Shown piece by piece: positions 1 to 9,535 of a DNA stretch of 64,000 bases (position 1 is its first letter; each line of letters starts with the position of its first letter). This DNA is from Candidatus Limnocylindrales bacterium. GTDB taxonomy: Bacteria; Chloroflexota; Limnocylindria; Limnocylindrales; CSP1-4. The notes below the pieces were generated by a model. That model made no database searches and was not told the origin of the DNA. It was given only the letters and a program-made list of their open reading frames with translations. The stretch covers positions 12,254 to 76,253 of the forward strand of contig JBBQRZ010000011.1 in assembly GCA_038214255.1 (NCBI GenBank), in the 5' to 3' direction. Made by a program: the position numbers and the translations under genes.

Positions 1-1612
1 CCTTGAACAATGGGTCCATGCCGAACGTCCGGGCCTCGTCCGGGATGATCGGCACGATCCGCGGGCCGAGCTCCTTGTCGCGGATGAGGTTGCGCAGGAT
101 CCGGCTGAACACCATCGTCGTGGAGACCGCCGTCTGGCTGCCCGCCGCGAACTCGGCGTCCACCTCCGGCGCGGGCGCGGGCAACGGCTTGTTGCGAACG
201 ACCCGCTTCGGGATTGGCCCATCGAGCGCCCGGCGGCGCTCCATGAGGTACTCGACCTCCTCGGACTTGGCCCCCGGGTGGTAGTACGGCGCGTCCTTCA
301 GCTTCGCGTCCGGGATCGGCAGCTGGATCCGGTCGCGGAAGATCCTGAGCTCGTTCTCGGACAGCTTCTTGGCCTGATGCGTCATGTTGCGAGCCTCGAC
401 GCCGGGTCCGAGCGTCCAACCCTTGACGGTCTTGGCGAGGATGACCGTTGGCGCGCCCCGGTACTCGGTGGCGGCCTTGTACGCCGCGTAGAGCTTGCGG
501 TAGTCGTGGCCACCCCGACGGAGCCTGGCTAGATCGTCGTCGGACAGGTTTTCCACGAGCTTGCCGAGTCGCGCGTCCGGTCCGAAGAAATGCTCGCGGA
601 TGTAGCCACCGCCAGCGACCGAGAACTTCTGGAACTCCCCATCGAGCGTGTCGTTCATCTTCTCGACGAGGACGCCATCGACGTCGCGGGCCAGCAGCTC
701 GTCCCACTCGCGCGCCCAGATGACCTTGATCACGTTCCAGCCGGCACCGCGGAAAGCCGACTCCAGCTCCTGGATGATCTTGCCGTTGCCACGCACGGGC
801 CCATCGAGGCGCTGCAGGTTGCAGTTGACGACGAAGGTCAGGTTGTCGAGCCCTTCGCGCGCCGCGACGTGGAGGGCGCCGAGCGACTCGGGCTCGTCGG
901 TTTCGCCGTCGCCGAGGAATGCCCAGACGCGCGACTTCGAGGTGTCGAGGAGGCCCCGGTTCTGGAGGTAGCGGTTGTAGCGAGCCTGGTAGACCGCGCT
1001 GATGGGGCCCAGGCCCATCGAGACCGTGGGGAACTCCCAGAAGTCGGGCATCAGGCGCGGGTGCGGGTACGAGGACAGGCCCTGCCCGGCGACGCTCTCG
1101 CGCCGGAAATGATCCAGCTGGTCCTCGGTCAGCCGCCCTTCCAGGAAGGCCCGAGCGTAGATGCCGGGCGCGGCGTGACCCTGGTAGTAGATCTGGTCGC
1201 CGCTGCCCTCGCCGTCCTTGCCCCGGAAGAAGTGGTTGAATCCCACCTCGTACAGGCTGGCGCTGCTGGCGTACGTCGACAGGTGTCCGCCGATGCCCGT
1301 ATAGCGTGTATTGGCGCGCAGGACCATCGCGACCGCGTTCCAGCGGACGATCCGGCGGATCCGCAGCTCCATTGCCTCGTCGCCCGGGAAATTGGGCTCC
1401 TGCTCCGGGCTGATGGTGTTGATATAGCGGGTCTGGGTGAGCGGCGGCAGTCCGACGTGCAGCTGGCGGGCCCGCTTGAGCAGCTTGTAGACGAGGAATC
1501 TGGCGCGCGTCTCGCCGGCCTGCTCGACGACCTGATCGAGCGACGCCAGCCACTCATCGGTTTCGGTGGGATCGATGTCGGGCAGCTGGTGTTTGAACTC
1601 GTCGAAGTACAT
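1..1612 (-). CDS. aceE: pyruvate dehydrogenase E1 component (homodimeric AceE type), N-terminal ~537 codons; the 3' end runs off the left window edge
   Basis: My own minus-strand translation from the ATG at 1610-1612 gives [45 protein letters not shown]...[28 protein letters not shown]...[17 protein letters not shown]. It is missing from the ORF track because there is no stop codon inside the window. Confidence 0.9.
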   Translation of the reverse strand, partial: MYFDEFKHQLPDIDPTETDEWLASLDQVVEQAGETRARFLVYKLLKRARQLHVGLPPLTQTRYINTISPEQEPNFPGDEAMELRIRRIVRWNAVAMVLRANTRYTGIGGHLSTYASSASLYEVGFNHFFRGKDGEGSGDQIYYQGHAAPGIYARAFLEGRLTEDQLDHFRRESVAGQGLSSYPHPRLMPDFWEFPTVSMGLGPISAVYQARYNRYLQNRGLLDTSKSRVWAFLGDGETDEPESLGALHVAAREGLDNLTFVVNCNLQRLDGPVRGNGKIIQELESAFRGAGWNVIKVIWAREWDELLARDVDGVLVEKMNDTLDGEFQKFSVAGGGYIREHFFGPDARLGKLVENLSDDDLARLRRGGHDYRKLYAAYKAATEYRGAPTVILAKTVKGWTLGPGVEARNMTHQAKKLSENELRIFRDRIQLPIPDAKLKDAPYYHPGAKSEEVEYLMERRRALDGPIPKRVVRNKPLPAPAPEVDAEFAAGSQTAVSTTMVFSRILRNLIRDKELGPRIVPIIPDEARTFGMDPLFK

Positions 1613-1936
1613 ACGGGACGGGGACTCCGTGACGGCGCGATCGGGGCGCATCCCAGAGCGTAGCCCATTCCACCCGCGGAGCGCGCCGGGAAGACGGGTT
1701 ACGACTCGGTAGCGACCGATGCGACGCGCTCGCAGGCGGCCATAAGACGCGGCGGCTGGGCTCCCCCGCCGAACGTAACGCTCGACCGCTGTTATGCCGA
1801 CGTAACGGTTCTGCAATGTCAGCCGCCGCGACCGACAGGCTCGTGCCGCGATGCTGGCTCGACAACCAGTCCGCCGGCGATCGTCGCAATCGGAATTCGC
1901 CACGCGCCGAGCGGTCTAAGAAAGGACATCACCCCC

Positions 1937-2131
1937 ATGCCCGATCGCGACACGGTCGTCGTCAAGGACGGTGGCTCCAGCATCGGCACGATCCTCGGGA
2001 TCATCGCCATCATCCTCGTCCCGGCCGGCCTGTGGTACTTCCTCATCGGCCCGGGCTCGCATTCGAAGTCCGGATCGAACCAGATCAACGTCGACGTCAA
2101 CCTGCCGAGCCTGGCACCCGCGGCGTCCTGA
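1937..2131 (+). CDS. small single-pass membrane protein (64 aa), function unknown
   Basis: The track ORF has a hydrophobic core IGTILGIIAIILVPAGLWYFLIG. Codon third positions are almost all G/C by eye. AAAGGA lies about 10 nt upstream of the ATG. Confidence 0.55.
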   Translation: MPDRDTVVVKDGGSSIGTILGIIAIILVPAGLWYFLIGPGSHSKSGSNQINVDVNLPSLAPAAS

Positions 2132-2192
2132 CCTTGCCGAGGCGTTGCGCGCCCGACTCGGTCACCATGTCACCGACCCCAGGAGGTGCAGG

Positions 2193-2948
2193 TTGAGCAC
2201 GCAGCCGCTCGTGCTCGTCGCGGATGACGAGCCGCGAATCACGAAACTCGTATCGATCGCCCTCGGTGAGGAGGGTTTCCGGGTCGTCACCGCGAACGGT
2301 GGCGAGGAGGCGCTCCAGAAGGCCGAGGAGGTCCGACCGGACATCGTGCTTCTTGACATCGTCATGCCCGACCTCGACGGCATCGAGGTCATGCGCCAGC
2401 TTCGCGAGCGTCGTCCGGTCGCGGTCATCCTCTTGACCGCCAAGGGCTCGACCGCCGACAAGGCCAAGGGCCTCGATCTCGGCGCCGACGACTACATCGC
2501 CAAGCCCTTCCATCCCGACGAGCTGGCCGCGCGCGTCCGCGCCGTCCTGCGTCGATCGTCGGGCGCGAGCCCGGGCTCGGGCGTCCTCAAGTTCGACGAC
2601 ATCGAGATCGACCTCGAACGCCGGATGGTCACCCGCAACGGCGAGCTCGTGCAGCTCTCACGGACCGAGTGGCTCCTGCTCCAGCACCTCGCCGCCAATG
2701 CCGGCAAGGTCGTGCTCCACACCGAGCTGCTCACCAAGGTCTGGGGGCCCGAGTACCGCGACGACCTGCAATACCTGCGCGTTTGGGTATCGCGCGTCCG
2801 GCGCAAGCTCGGCGCCGAGCCTGGCGAGCCGGGCCGCATCAAGACGTTCCAGGGGATCGGCTACCTGCTCGACGTCGAGCCCCCGTCCCCACCGGAGCCC
2901 ACGGTTCCAGAGCCGAAGCCCGATGAGCGGTCGGCCCTGATCGGGTAG
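2193..2948 (+). CDS. OmpR/PhoB-family response regulator (KdpE-like), no adjacent kinase
   Basis: An in-frame TTG at 2193 is preceded by AGGAGG (2181-2186). Receiver motifs are VLVADDE, DIVLLDIVMPDLDG and LTAKG. The winged-helix C-terminus reads LSRTEWLLLQHL...FQGIGYLL. The track's start at 1971 gives an Arg/Ser-rich extension that overlaps the upstream small ORF, so I rejected it. Confidence 0.85.
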   Translation: MSTQPLVLVADDEPRITKLVSIALGEEGFRVVTANGGEEALQKAEEVRPDIVLLDIVMPDLDGIEVMRQLRERRPVAVILLTAKGSTADKAKGLDLGADDYIAKPFHPDELAARVRAVLRRSSGASPGSGVLKFDDIEIDLERRMVTRNGELVQLSRTEWLLLQHLAANAGKVVLHTELLTKVWGPEYRDDLQYLRVWVSRVRRKLGAEPGEPGRIKTFQGIGYLLDVEPPSPPEPTVPEPKPDERSALIG

Positions 2949-3000
2949 CTCCGGACTGCCGCGGGCCGGCTCGGCCGGCCCGCCTGCTACCCTCGAGGGC

Positions 3001-3606
3001 ATGCTTCGGTATGACTCCGGAACGGCTCTCATCGTGGTCGACGTGCAGAACGATTTCGCCGATCCGGCCGGGTCGCTGAGCGTCACTTCGGGCGACGCCG
3101 TCGTCGGGCACACCAACGGCGAGATCGCGATTGCGCAGGGCGCCGGCGCGCTCGTCGTGTTCACCCAGGATTGGCACCCGGAGTCGACGCCACATTTCGC
3201 CAAGGATGGTGGCCTCTGGCCGGTGCACTGCGTCGCCGACACGTGGGGCGCTGCGCTCCATCCAGAGCTCACTGCCCCGGACGATGCACCACGCGTCCGC
3301 AAGGGCGTCAACGGCGAGGACGGCTACTCGGGCTTCACGATGCGTGACCCGATTTCCGGTGAGACGACCCCGACCAAGCTCGAGGGCCTGCTCCGCGACC
3401 GCGCGATCGAGCGGGTGGTCATCGTCGGGCTCGCGACCGACTACTGCGTGAAGGCGACGGCGCTCGACGCCGTCCGGCTCGGCTTCGGCACGTTCGTCCT
3501 GGTCGATGCCGTCGCCGCCGTCAACCTGGAACCCGGCGACGGGGAGCACGCACTCGTTGAGATGCGCGACACCGGCGTGGCGATGTGGCGGACGGTGCTG
3601 CCGTGA
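3001..3606 (+). CDS. pncA: nicotinamidase/pyrazinamidase (isochorismatase family)
   Basis: Motifs ALIVVDVQNDF, WPVHCV and VVIVGLATDYCV are typical of the PncA Asp/Lys/Cys catalytic context. Confidence 0.8.
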   Translation: MLRYDSGTALIVVDVQNDFADPAGSLSVTSGDAVVGHTNGEIAIAQGAGALVVFTQDWHPESTPHFAKDGGLWPVHCVADTWGAALHPELTAPDDAPRVRKGVNGEDGYSGFTMRDPISGETTPTKLEGLLRDRAIERVVIVGLATDYCVKATALDAVRLGFGTFVLVDAVAAVNLEPGDGEHALVEMRDTGVAMWRTVLP

Positions 3607-3613
3607 TGCGCCG

Positions 3614-4141
3614 GTGATCCGGCTCCTCGCGCGCCTCGCGATCCTCGGGCTCGGCGTCGCCTGGGGGATCGACCGGCTCCTGCGGACGCTGGCCGGCGGC
3701 GCCCCGCCGCCTCCGGTCAAAAGCCTGATCGTCATCGAGGCACCGATCGAGCGCGTCTGGTCGGTCGTCGCCGACATCGAGGGCCAGCCCCGCTGGATGC
3801 ACGACATGAAGTCGGTCCGGATGCTGACGCCCGGGCCGGTCGGCGTCGGCACCCGCGGCGAGTCGAGGATCCGCATCCTTGGCATCTCGGTCACCGACCC
3901 GGTGACGGTCACCGAATTCCGGCCACCGTCCCGCTTCGCGATCCGCCACGAGGGGCGCGTCAGCGGCGGCGGCGTCATCACCCTTCAGCGCGGCGCCGAC
4001 GGCACGACGACGATCGTCCGCTGGGACGAGCATCTGGTACTGCCGACTCTCCCCTACCTCGGTGCAGCCCTCGTGGCCCCGGTGTTCGGCCGGATCTTCC
4101 AGGCGGATCTCGAGCACCTGCGCGACCTGATCGAAGCCTGA
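3614..4141 (+). CDS. SRPBCC (polyketide cyclase/dehydrase-like) family protein with N-terminal hydrophobic segment
   Basis: An in-frame GTG at 3614 follows the pncA stop. The N-terminus is VIRLLARLAILGLGVAWG, followed by IEAPIERVWSVVADIEGQPRWM, which is typical of the family. The track's start at 3506 lies inside pncA. Confidence 0.7.
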   Translation: MIRLLARLAILGLGVAWGIDRLLRTLAGGAPPPPVKSLIVIEAPIERVWSVVADIEGQPRWMHDMKSVRMLTPGPVGVGTRGESRIRILGISVTDPVTVTEFRPPSRFAIRHEGRVSGGGVITLQRGADGTTTIVRWDEHLVLPTLPYLGAALVAPVFGRIFQADLEHLRDLIEA

Positions 4142-4159
4142 TGCGGGCAGCCTGAGCGC

Positions 4160-5065
4160 GTGCAACTCCACCTCGTCGACGCGACGTACGAGCTGTTCCG
4201 GGCGCACTACGCGCCGCGTCCGCCGGTGGTCGGGCGAGACGGGATCGTGCTGTCGGGGGTCTCGGGACTGTGCGATCAGCTGCTCTACCTCCTGCGGAAG
4301 GAGGGCGCGACCCACGTCGCCTGCGCCACGGACCGGGTCATCGAGTCGTTCCGCAACGACCTCTTTCCCGGCTACAAGTCATCCGTCGGGATGCCGCCCG
4401 AGCTGCTCGCCCAGTTCCCGATCGCCGAGGCAGCCGTCGAGGCGCTCGGCATCGTGCTCTGGCCGATGGTGGAGTTCGAGGCGGACGATGCGATCGCAGC
4501 GGGCGCGGTGCGCTTCGCGACCGACGATCGCGTCGAGCGGATCCTCGTCTGCACGCCCGACAAGGACATGGCGCAACTCGTTCGCGACGAGCGGATCGTG
4601 CTCTGGGACCGGCGCCGAAACCTGACGTACGACGACGCCGGCGTGCGCGCCAAATGGGGCGTGCCGCCACCGTCCATCCCGGACTGGCTCGCCGTCGTCG
4701 GCGATTCGTCCGACGGCTATCCCGGCATCCCCGGCTGGGGCGCGAAAGGCGCGGCTGGCGTGCTCGCGCGCTACGGCCACCTGGAGGACGTTCCGGCGCA
4801 GGCCTCGAAGTGGGAGGTCCCCGGGGTCGGCGGCGGTCGCGCGATGTCGCTTGCCGCATCGCTGCGCGACCACTGGGACGAGGCCATGCTCTATCGCGAC
4901 CTCGCCCGACTTCGGACCGCCGAGGACGGGGTGCCGCTCCGACAGCAGGACCCCGAGGAGCTGCGTTGGGACGGCGCCCCGCGCGACGCCTGGGAGGGCT
5001 TCTGCGACGAGTGGGGCCTGGATCGGCTGCGGCAGCGGCCGCACCACTGGCTGGACGAGGCCTGA
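4160..5065 (+). CDS. 5'-3' exonuclease / flap endonuclease (standalone Pol I N-domain-like)
   Basis: A PIN-like N-domain (LVDATYELFRAHYA, EFEADDAIA) is followed by an H3TH segment (VGDSSDGYPGIPGWGAKGAAGVL). Confidence 0.8.
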   Translation: MQLHLVDATYELFRAHYAPRPPVVGRDGIVLSGVSGLCDQLLYLLRKEGATHVACATDRVIESFRNDLFPGYKSSVGMPPELLAQFPIAEAAVEALGIVLWPMVEFEADDAIAAGAVRFATDDRVERILVCTPDKDMAQLVRDERIVLWDRRRNLTYDDAGVRAKWGVPPPSIPDWLAVVGDSSDGYPGIPGWGAKGAAGVLARYGHLEDVPAQASKWEVPGVGGGRAMSLAASLRDHWDEAMLYRDLARLRTAEDGVPLRQQDPEELRWDGAPRDAWEGFCDEWGLDRLRQRPHHWLDEA

Positions 5066-5099
5066 CAGGGGGGGCGTCGCCCGCCACCCGCCGGACCTC

Positions 5100-5930
5100 C
5101 TAGCGCACCAGGCCGAGCAGCGTCCCGTGGTGGGCCGGCGGAGCCGCCAGGACGCCGATCGACTTGGGGGCATGGGCGAGGTCGAACCACGGGCTCCCGT
5201 CGATCGAGGTGACGGTCGCCCCGCCGCGCTCCGCGATGAGCCCGCCCGCGGCCACATCCCAGGCGGACAGGCCGCCCTGTTGCACGAACGCGTCGAACCG
5301 TCCGTTGGCGACGTACGCGAGCGCCAGCGCCGCCGAGCCCATCGAGCGTGAGATCCGGATCACCTTGCGCACGTTCCGCGCCCGACTGAACGCCGCCCGG
5401 CCGTTGAGGGCCATCGAGATCACGTAGTCGGACAGCTGTTCCTTCTCGGATGCGGTGATGGCGTGGCTCGGCGTCCCGAGCGTGCCGGCGAGCAGCGCCG
5501 GTCCATCCGCGGTCGCAGCGAACATCTCGTCACGGGTGGGGTCGTGGATGACGCCGACCGAGGGCACGCCGTCCACGATCAGCCCGATCGACACGCAGAA
5601 GAACGGGATGCCGTTCGCGTAGTTCACGGTGCCATCGAGCGGATCGACGATCCAGAGGCGACCGCGTCCCGAGGTCGGTGCCTCGTCGCCCTCGATCGCG
5701 CGATGCTCGCCGGTCTCCTCGGCCAGGATGGAATCTTCGGGCTGGTACGCGCGGATCGCCTCGATGATCAGGGCCTCCGACAGGTGATCGGCCTCGGTCA
5801 CGACATCGCGGGCGCTCTTGTGGTCGATGCGTTCGAGGCGCTCGTATCGGTCCATCAACACCTCGCCGGCTCGAGCGGCGAGGGCGATGGCGAAGGTCAG
5901 ATCCTCGCCTCTCGTCACGGCGACTGGCAT
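5100..5930 (-). CDS. inositol monophosphatase family protein (SuhB/HisN-like)
   Basis: The internal ATG at 5928-5930 begins MPVAVTRGEDL. Family motifs are AEETGE, WIVDPLDGTVNY and GSAALALAYVANGRFD. The upstream 140 codons of the track ORF are Arg/Pro/Gly junk. Confidence 0.85.
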   Translation of the reverse strand: MPVAVTRGEDLTFAIALAARAGEVLMDRYERLERIDHKSARDVVTEADHLSEALIIEAIRAYQPEDSILAEETGEHRAIEGDEAPTSGRGRLWIVDPLDGTVNYANGIPFFCVSIGLIVDGVPSVGVIHDPTRDEMFAATADGPALLAGTLGTPSHAITASEKEQLSDYVISMALNGRAAFSRARNVRKVIRISRSMGSAALALAYVANGRFDAFVQQGGLSAWDVAAGGLIAERGGATVTSIDGSPWFDLAHAPKSIGVLAAPPAHHGTLLGLVR

Positions 5931-6514
5931 TCGGTCACGAGCGCGCCCGGCGTCGTTCCAAGCTCGCTCGCGATGCCGGTGAAAGTGACGGTCGTCCCCG
6001 GCTGGACCTGCGGGCTGAGCAGGAACGAGGACGGTCCGCCTCCGCGATTGTCCGCCTCGGTGACCCGGCAGGTGGTCTGGCCGGCTGATGAGCCCTGGTT
6101 CGTGACCGTCAGCGTGATGGCCAGGCCGGAACCGTCCGCGGTCGGGACTGCGGAGGCGACCCGCGCCGTGAATGGGCCGATGCCCGAGACGGCGAACCGG
6201 GCGGCCACTGCGAGCAGTACGACGCCCAGCACGATCGCCAGGAAGATCGCCCCGTGCGCCTGTGTCGAGGCCACGTCGCGCAGCCCGAGCGGGTTGCACC
6301 GTTCGCACAAGCCGACGCCCGGGCCGACGGGGGCGCCGCAGCGGATGCACGGATGCGTCGGCTCGGTCTCGCGCGGCGGGACGGACGGGGCGGTCGGCGC
6401 GGTCGAGGTCACGAGGCTGATGGTGCCACGTTCCGCCGGAGAAACCGTGTCGGTGGACTCGCGGGTGCGGAAGAGGCCCGCGCTACCAGCGGCCGGCGGC
6501 CTCGACGAGCGCAT
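5915..6514 (-). CDS. zinc-ribbon / single-TM / extracytoplasmic beta-rich domain protein, function unknown
   Basis: CIRCGAPVGPGVGLCERCNP (CxxC...CxxC) is followed by the TM helix AIFLAIVLGVVLLAVAARFAV and then LAITLTVTNQGSSAGQTTCRV. High GC3 in this frame continues upstream of the alternative GTG at 6412, which favours the ATG at 6514. The start remains uncertain. Confidence 0.6.
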   Translation of the reverse strand: MRSSRPPAAGSAGLFRTRESTDTVSPAERGTISLVTSTAPTAPSVPPRETEPTHPCIRCGAPVGPGVGLCERCNPLGLRDVASTQAHGAIFLAIVLGVVLLAVAARFAVSGIGPFTARVASAVPTADGSGLAITLTVTNQGSSAGQTTCRVTEADNRGGGPSSFLLSPQVQPGTTVTFTGIASELGTTPGALVTECQSP

Positions 6515-7364
6515 CGACGTCCTCGGTCGTTCCCGCGAGGACGACCGCCCCGTCGGCGCCGACGTCGCGCCAGCGTTCCCAGGTGTCGCGCGGTGCCTGC
6601 ACCCAGCGGGTGTCCGTCACGGACTCGTCCCGCGCCCAGTCGCCCTGGAACCCGACGACCACGAGCTGGTCCTCCCGGCGTCGGCCGGCCGCTGCCAGCG
6701 CGTCGAGGTACAGCGGAAGGTGCTGCTCGAAGTTGTCGTCGAACGTCGACCAGCCGTCGCCGATCCGGGCCGCGAGCCTGGCGCCGGCCGCGGTCTCCCC
6801 GCCGATGACGATCCGCGGCGCCGGCTCGGGCACGGGGAACGCCCAGGCCTCGCGAAGCGGATAGAACGGCGACTCGCGAGTGACAGGCCCGCCCGTCCAG
6901 AGGGCGCGCAACACCGCGACCGCCTCCTCCAGGCGAGCCACGCGCTCGGGCGCGTCCGGGAAATCGATGCCGTAGGCCTGGTGCTCCAGCGGCGCGCCCC
7001 CGATCCCGATGCCCATGATGAGCCGGCCGCCGCTTGCGATCTGGAGGGTCGATGCCATCCGGGCCAGGACGGCCGGGTGCCGATTCATGACGTTGGCGAT
7101 GAACGGCGCGACCGTGACCCGGCTTGTCTGCGCCGCCGCCATCGCCAGGATCGTCCAGCACTCGACGACCGGCACGTCCTTCCGGGCGCCGCGGCCCATG
7201 AAGTGGTCCCAGCACCAAAGGCCCGCGTAGCCGGCCGCCTCGAGCCGTCGCGCGCTCTCGAGCCACCACCCCGGCTCGGCGCGGATCGACCGCAGGCAAA
7301 CGCCGACCGGCAGCCGGGCGTTGCGGGCATCCACCTCGACGGCGTGCTCCCCCACCACGCTCAC
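6483..7364 (-). CDS. LLM-class (luciferase-like) flavin/F420-dependent oxidoreductase
   Basis: The GTG at 7362-7364 overlaps the mtnP stop (GTGA). Motifs include GYAGLWCWDHF and RLIMGIGIGG. The upstream part of the 403-aa track ORF is Arg-rich and lies inside mtnP. Confidence 0.8.
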   Translation of the reverse strand: MSVVGEHAVEVDARNARLPVGVCLRSIRAEPGWWLESARRLEAAGYAGLWCWDHFMGRGARKDVPVVECWTILAMAAAQTSRVTVAPFIANVMNRHPAVLARMASTLQIASGGRLIMGIGIGGAPLEHQAYGIDFPDAPERVARLEEAVAVLRALWTGGPVTRESPFYPLREAWAFPVPEPAPRIVIGGETAAGARLAARIGDGWSTFDDNFEQHLPLYLDALAAAGRRREDQLVVVGFQGDWARDESVTDTRWVQAPRDTWERWRDVGADGAVVLAGTTEDVDALVEAAGRW

Positions 7365-8209
7365 AGCCCCGTTTCGAACAGCCGAACGTCCTCGGGCGCG
7401 ATCGTGTGGCCGTCGCCGCGCGTCGGCCCCAGGGCGGCTCGCGTGCCGAGCGCCTCGAGATCGACCGGGAATCGCCCGACGAGGTCCAGCACGACCTTCT
7501 GGATGCGCTCGGCGTTGGCGGTGAAGACCTCGAGGACGTCGCTCGCGTTGACGGCCTCGGTGCCCTCGTGGACGCCGGCGTCGTAGTCGGTGATGAGGCT
7601 GATGTTGACGACGGCGATGCCGAGCTCGCGACACAGCCACGCCTCGGGGTACTGGGTCATGTTGATGACCTCCCAGCCGGCATCGCTGAACCACTTCGAT
7701 TCGGCCTTCGTCGAGAAGCGCGGGCCCTGGATGACGACGACCGTGCCGCGCTCGTGGAGCTCGATGCCATGGTCGCGGATCGTGGCGATCGCCAGGTCAC
7801 GCAGGATCGGGTCGTAGGTCTCCGCCGATGACAGGTGGGTGACGATCGGACCGTCGTAGAACGTGTCGGCCCGGCCGGATGTCCGGTCCACGAACTGGTC
7901 GCACACGACGAAGTCGCCGGGCTTGACCGCGAGCTGGAGCGAGCCGGCGGCGCACGGCGAGATCGCGGCCTTGACGCCGAGCGATCGCATCGCCCAGACG
8001 TTGGCCCGGTAGTTGATCTCGTGCGGCGGGATCGTGTGGCGCCGACCGTGGCGCGGCAGGAAGGCGACCCGCCGACCGGCCACGTCGGCGAGGAACAGGG
8101 AATCGGACGGGGCGCCATACGGCGTGTCGACCTTGATCTCTCGCACGTCCTCGAGCAGCGAGTAGAAACCCGACCCTCCGAAGATGCCGATCTCCGCCGT
8201 GTCCGCCAC
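7361..8209 (-). CDS. mtnP: S-methyl-5'-thioadenosine phosphorylase
   Basis: IGIFGGSGFY, FLPRHGRRHTIPPHEINYRANVWAMRSLGV and MTQYPEAWLCRELGI are characteristic MTAP blocks. Confidence 0.9.
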   Translation of the reverse strand: MADTAEIGIFGGSGFYSLLEDVREIKVDTPYGAPSDSLFLADVAGRRVAFLPRHGRRHTIPPHEINYRANVWAMRSLGVKAAISPCAAGSLQLAVKPGDFVVCDQFVDRTSGRADTFYDGPIVTHLSSAETYDPILRDLAIATIRDHGIELHERGTVVVIQGPRFSTKAESKWFSDAGWEVINMTQYPEAWLCRELGIAVVNISLITDYDAGVHEGTEAVNASDVLEVFTANAERIQKVVLDLVGRFPVDLEALGTRAALGPTRGDGHTIAPEDVRLFETGL

Positions 8210-8356
8210 GCTGCGCCTCCATCCGTCGTCGGGTCGATGGGCCGGACCCGAGGTCGATCGCCGGGGTCCGGGCCGTCGCCGGCGGCGCGGCCGATTCTAG
8301 GCGGACGAGGCTAGGATGGTCGCGGCGACACGACACCGTCGAACGGGAGGCGACGC

Positions 8357-8773
8357 ATGACCGATCCTGATCCGAGCCCGACGACGAGGACGGACACGGC
8401 CGGCGTCGGCGCTCGAGTGCCCCCGCCGACGGGCGACCCGGCCCCGCCCCAACCGCCGCAGGGCGCTCCGCCGCCTGGCCCAACGCCGCCGCAGGCGCCG
8501 CCGCCGCCCAACGCGCCGTCACCGACCGGCGGCGCGGGATGGGCGCCAGCGGCAGTGGCCGCGAAGCCACCTCGGACGGCCAGCCGCGATCCCGGCCGCA
8601 CGGCATCGCTGATCCTCGGGCTCATCTTCGTGGCTGTCGGCCTGTGGTTCTTCGCGGAGCACACACTCGCGATCGACCTGCCGACGATCCGCTGGAGCCA
8701 GCTCTGGCCGCTCATCCTCGTCCTCATCGGCGGCTGGATCCTGCTCGGCTCGATGCGCCGCGGCCCACGGTGA
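8357..8773 (+). CDS. proline-rich membrane protein (two C-terminal TM helices, DUF5668-like)
   Basis: A Pro-rich N-terminus (PPPTGDPAPPQPPQGAPPPGPTPPQAPPPP) is followed by LILGLIFVAVGLWFF and LWPLILVLIGGWILLG. Confidence 0.6.
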   Translation: MTDPDPSPTTRTDTAGVGARVPPPTGDPAPPQPPQGAPPPGPTPPQAPPPPNAPSPTGGAGWAPAAVAAKPPRTASRDPGRTASLILGLIFVAVGLWFFAEHTLAIDLPTIRWSQLWPLILVLIGGWILLGSMRRGPR

Positions 8774-9444
8774 CCGCCCGGCCGGAGCCCGACTGGAGCC
8801 AGGCCGACGAGTCCCTCGCGGACCGCCTGTCCCTCGCCGACTGGCGCCGCCGCATCGCAGAGCTCTACGCGGAGGTCCGGTCGATGTCCGTGATCGAGCC
8901 GGCGATCGCGCTGGCCCACTGGCGCGCCGTCCGCGAGCGTCTCTTCCGCGAACATCCGCAATCCCCGGTGCCGCGATCGTCGCGGGCGACGTTCGCCGCT
9001 CGCCAGTTCGAGCACGATCCGGCGCTGCGCTTCGAGGTCGCGGTGGTTCCGGCGCCGCCGCCGGAACCCGGGGCGCTCGCGATGGAGCTGCCCAACAGCG
9101 GGCCCGACACGCTGTCCTTCCGGCGGATCGGCAGCGTGACGCTCGGCCTGCCCGTCGGCGACCGCCGGCTCTCGGTCTTCTGGCTGGCCGGCTACGCGGG
9201 CGGCCTGTTCATCCCGTTCCGCGACGCGACGAACGGCACCGAGACCTACGGGGCGGGTCGCTACCTGGTCGACGGCGCGAAGAGCGCGGATCTCGGCGCC
9301 AACCCGGAAACGGGTGCGCTCATCCTCGACTTCAACTTTGCCTTCCAACCGTCGTGCGCCTTCGATCCGCGCTGGGCGTGCCCGCTCGCGCCGCCCGAGA
9401 ACCGCCTCGACGTCCCGATCCGGGCCGGCGAACGCCTGTCGTGA
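8770..9444 (+). CDS. DUF1684 domain-containing protein
   Basis: The GTG at 8770 overlaps the upstream stop (GTGA). The C-terminal block GAGRYL...DFNFAFQPSCAFDPRWACPLAPPENRL matches my memory of DUF1684. Confidence 0.7.
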   Translation: MTARPEPDWSQADESLADRLSLADWRRRIAELYAEVRSMSVIEPAIALAHWRAVRERLFREHPQSPVPRSSRATFAARQFEHDPALRFEVAVVPAPPPEPGALAMELPNSGPDTLSFRRIGSVTLGLPVGDRRLSVFWLAGYAGGLFIPFRDATNGTETYGAGRYLVDGAKSADLGANPETGALILDFNFAFQPSCAFDPRWACPLAPPENRLDVPIRAGERLS

Positions 9445-9535
9445 CGCGCTTCCTCACCGTGACCAACGTACCGACTGAGACCCGGACCCTCGGACCGGCC
9501 GCGTCGGCCCGCCACGCGCGCATCATCATCCCGAG

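Noticed and set aside
5463-7586. Very long ORFs in the track: 5463-7586 (+), 12667-14574 (-), 16308-18716 (-), 21057-23231 (-), 23617-25167 (-), 25100-26578 (-), 25960-28017 (+), 34759-37119 (+), 35549-37240 (-), 52762-54705 (-) and 59605-60939 (+).
   Set aside because: Each one lies antisense to, or out of frame with, a gene that has unmistakable family motifs. Their translations are Arg/Pro/Gly/Asp-rich and low in complexity. Such shadow ORFs are expected in stop-poor GC-rich DNA.
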